Below, one piece after another: positions 63,041 to 64,000 of a DNA stretch of 64,000 bases. The DNA is taken from the NCBI GenBank assembly GCA_964016885.1, contig OZ024743.1:251472001-251536000 (forward strand), in the 5' to 3' direction. The position numbers and the translations under genes are program-made. The notes below the pieces were generated by a model, which worked only from the letters and a program-made list of their open reading frames with translations, had not been told where the DNA came from and did not search any database. The stretch's first letter is position 1. Each line of letters begins with the position of its first letter. The stretch comes from Eledone cirrhosa. Its lineage: Eukaryota.

Positions 63041-64000
63041 ATTAATTCCTGCCGCTTATTTAATAGGATATCCTTAGATTTCATTATTTCGAAAAGTTCT
63101 TGGGAACACAATCTACATTCATTTCTACTATTTTGATAAGGGGTGGCTCTTTTGAGCACACTCCAGGTCATGTCATATTCTATATTCCTCTTTCTATAAC
63201 TATTAATTTTTTCTGCTAGAGATGTTGTATTAGCTAGTGCGGCATTTTTAAAACTATGTTTGTGGGTATTAAATCTTACCTTAAAATTGTTAGAAGTAGC
63301 TCCTATATATGAACAAATAGAGTCCTTAGTGTTAACTTTACATTTATATACTACGTTATTAACAAGACAATTTCCTTTTAATGGGCAGTTTGCCTTGTTT
63401 CTACAGTTACAACTTTTCGTTAATCCTGTATTTGAGGAGATATTATGGCTAGTTTGATGTACTGGTGGTATACTTATGGTTTTTTTACATTTATATGCAT
63501 TATAGGCACTTATATTTTGTTTTATGTTTTTGGTTGTTGAGTATGAGAATTTAACTATTGATCTATTTAAGATTTGATGGTATTTGTGGTTTGGCGGGAA
63601 GTTTTTCTCTAGGATATTAAAGAATTTTTTAGGTATGTTATCCTTAACTTGTAAATTAAATGGAGCATTATACCAAGTAACTCGTCTACTACGGTTTCTA
63701 TGTTGTTTATTGTTTTTATAGGATGCATCCTGATGTTTACTAGGAGAATTATTGTTAATGACCTCTCCACACACATTTTTAGTTAGATTTATTGATTTAG
63801 GTGTTTTAGCTTGTTTATTAGGAGTTTTATTATTAACATTTATTAGAGTTGTAGGATGAGTAGTTTTTTGAGAGTTACTATATTGTATATTAGAGGAGTT
63901 AGAAAAATTTGGTTTTATGTTGGTATTTTGGGGTATAGTGTGAGTGGCATGTAGGTGTGTACGTTTCATTTGGTGTTTGTTGGTAATATTAGGTTGTATG
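62986..64000 (-). CDS. C-terminal part of a Penelope-like polyprotein: low-complexity linker, Cys cluster and GIY-YIG endonuclease
   Basis: VTWYNAPF, KFSYS, CNCRNKANCPLKGNC, VVYKC..SYIGAT..FKVRF..H (GIY-YIG), CRLC..E, LLNKRQE..CNH; at least 327 open codons. Confidence 0.88.
   Translation of the reverse strand, partial: IQPNITNKHQMKRTHLHATHTIPQNTNIKPNFSNSSNIQYSNSQKTTHPTTLINVNNKTPNKQAKTPKSINLTKNVCGEVINNNSPSKHQDASYKNNKQHRNRSRRVTWYNAPFNLQVKDNIPKKFFNILEKNFPPNHKYHQILNRSIVKFSYSTTKNIKQNISAYNAYKCKKTISIPPVHQTSHNISSNTGLTKSCNCRNKANCPLKGNCLVNNVVYKCKVNTKDSICSYIGATSNNFKVRFNTHKHSFKNAALANTTSLAEKINSYRKRNIEYDMTWSVLKRATPYQNSRNECRLCSQELFEIMKSKDILLNKRQELIISCNHKLRKTFKYYKPN

Larger units (their letters stand above)
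60688..64000 (-). mobile_element. Penelope-like element (GIY-YIG type, resembling the Naiad clade), 3' part; continues beyond the window
   Basis: GIY-YIG ORF, tandem-repeat region, long microsatellite-rich UTR, hammerhead motif, and a 3' end in (TA)n at 60620-60688. The linkage of UTR and ribozyme to the ORF is inferred from orientation and position. Confidence 0.75.

Overview
AT-rich, microsatellite-laden eukaryotic DNA with no confidently identifiable host gene. The repeat repertoire looks like a coleoid cephalopod (Octopus-like) intron or intergenic region; this is inference. The window is almost entirely transposable elements: about 15 5'-truncated RTE-clade LINE pieces from several subfamilies (RT with an inserted C4HC3 PHD-like finger, (GAT)n tails), an older RTE split by a younger one, a decayed Tx1/L1-like LINE, CR1 and R4/Dong-type 3' fragments, a mariner remnant, about 15 tRNA-derived SINE copies (several with TSDs), two tandem pairs of non-autonomous Helitrons, a long-TIR foldback element, and a Penelope-like element with an open GIY-YIG ORF at the right edge. 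The most notable hidden signal is a set of six well-formed and one or two degenerate type I hammerhead ribozyme motifs with palindromic stem III. They lie in unrelated Penelope-type terminal remnants next to (TA)n tracts and are almost all on the minus strand. Two have stem II expanded to 104 and 122 nt. All coordinates were read by eye and element boundaries are approximate.
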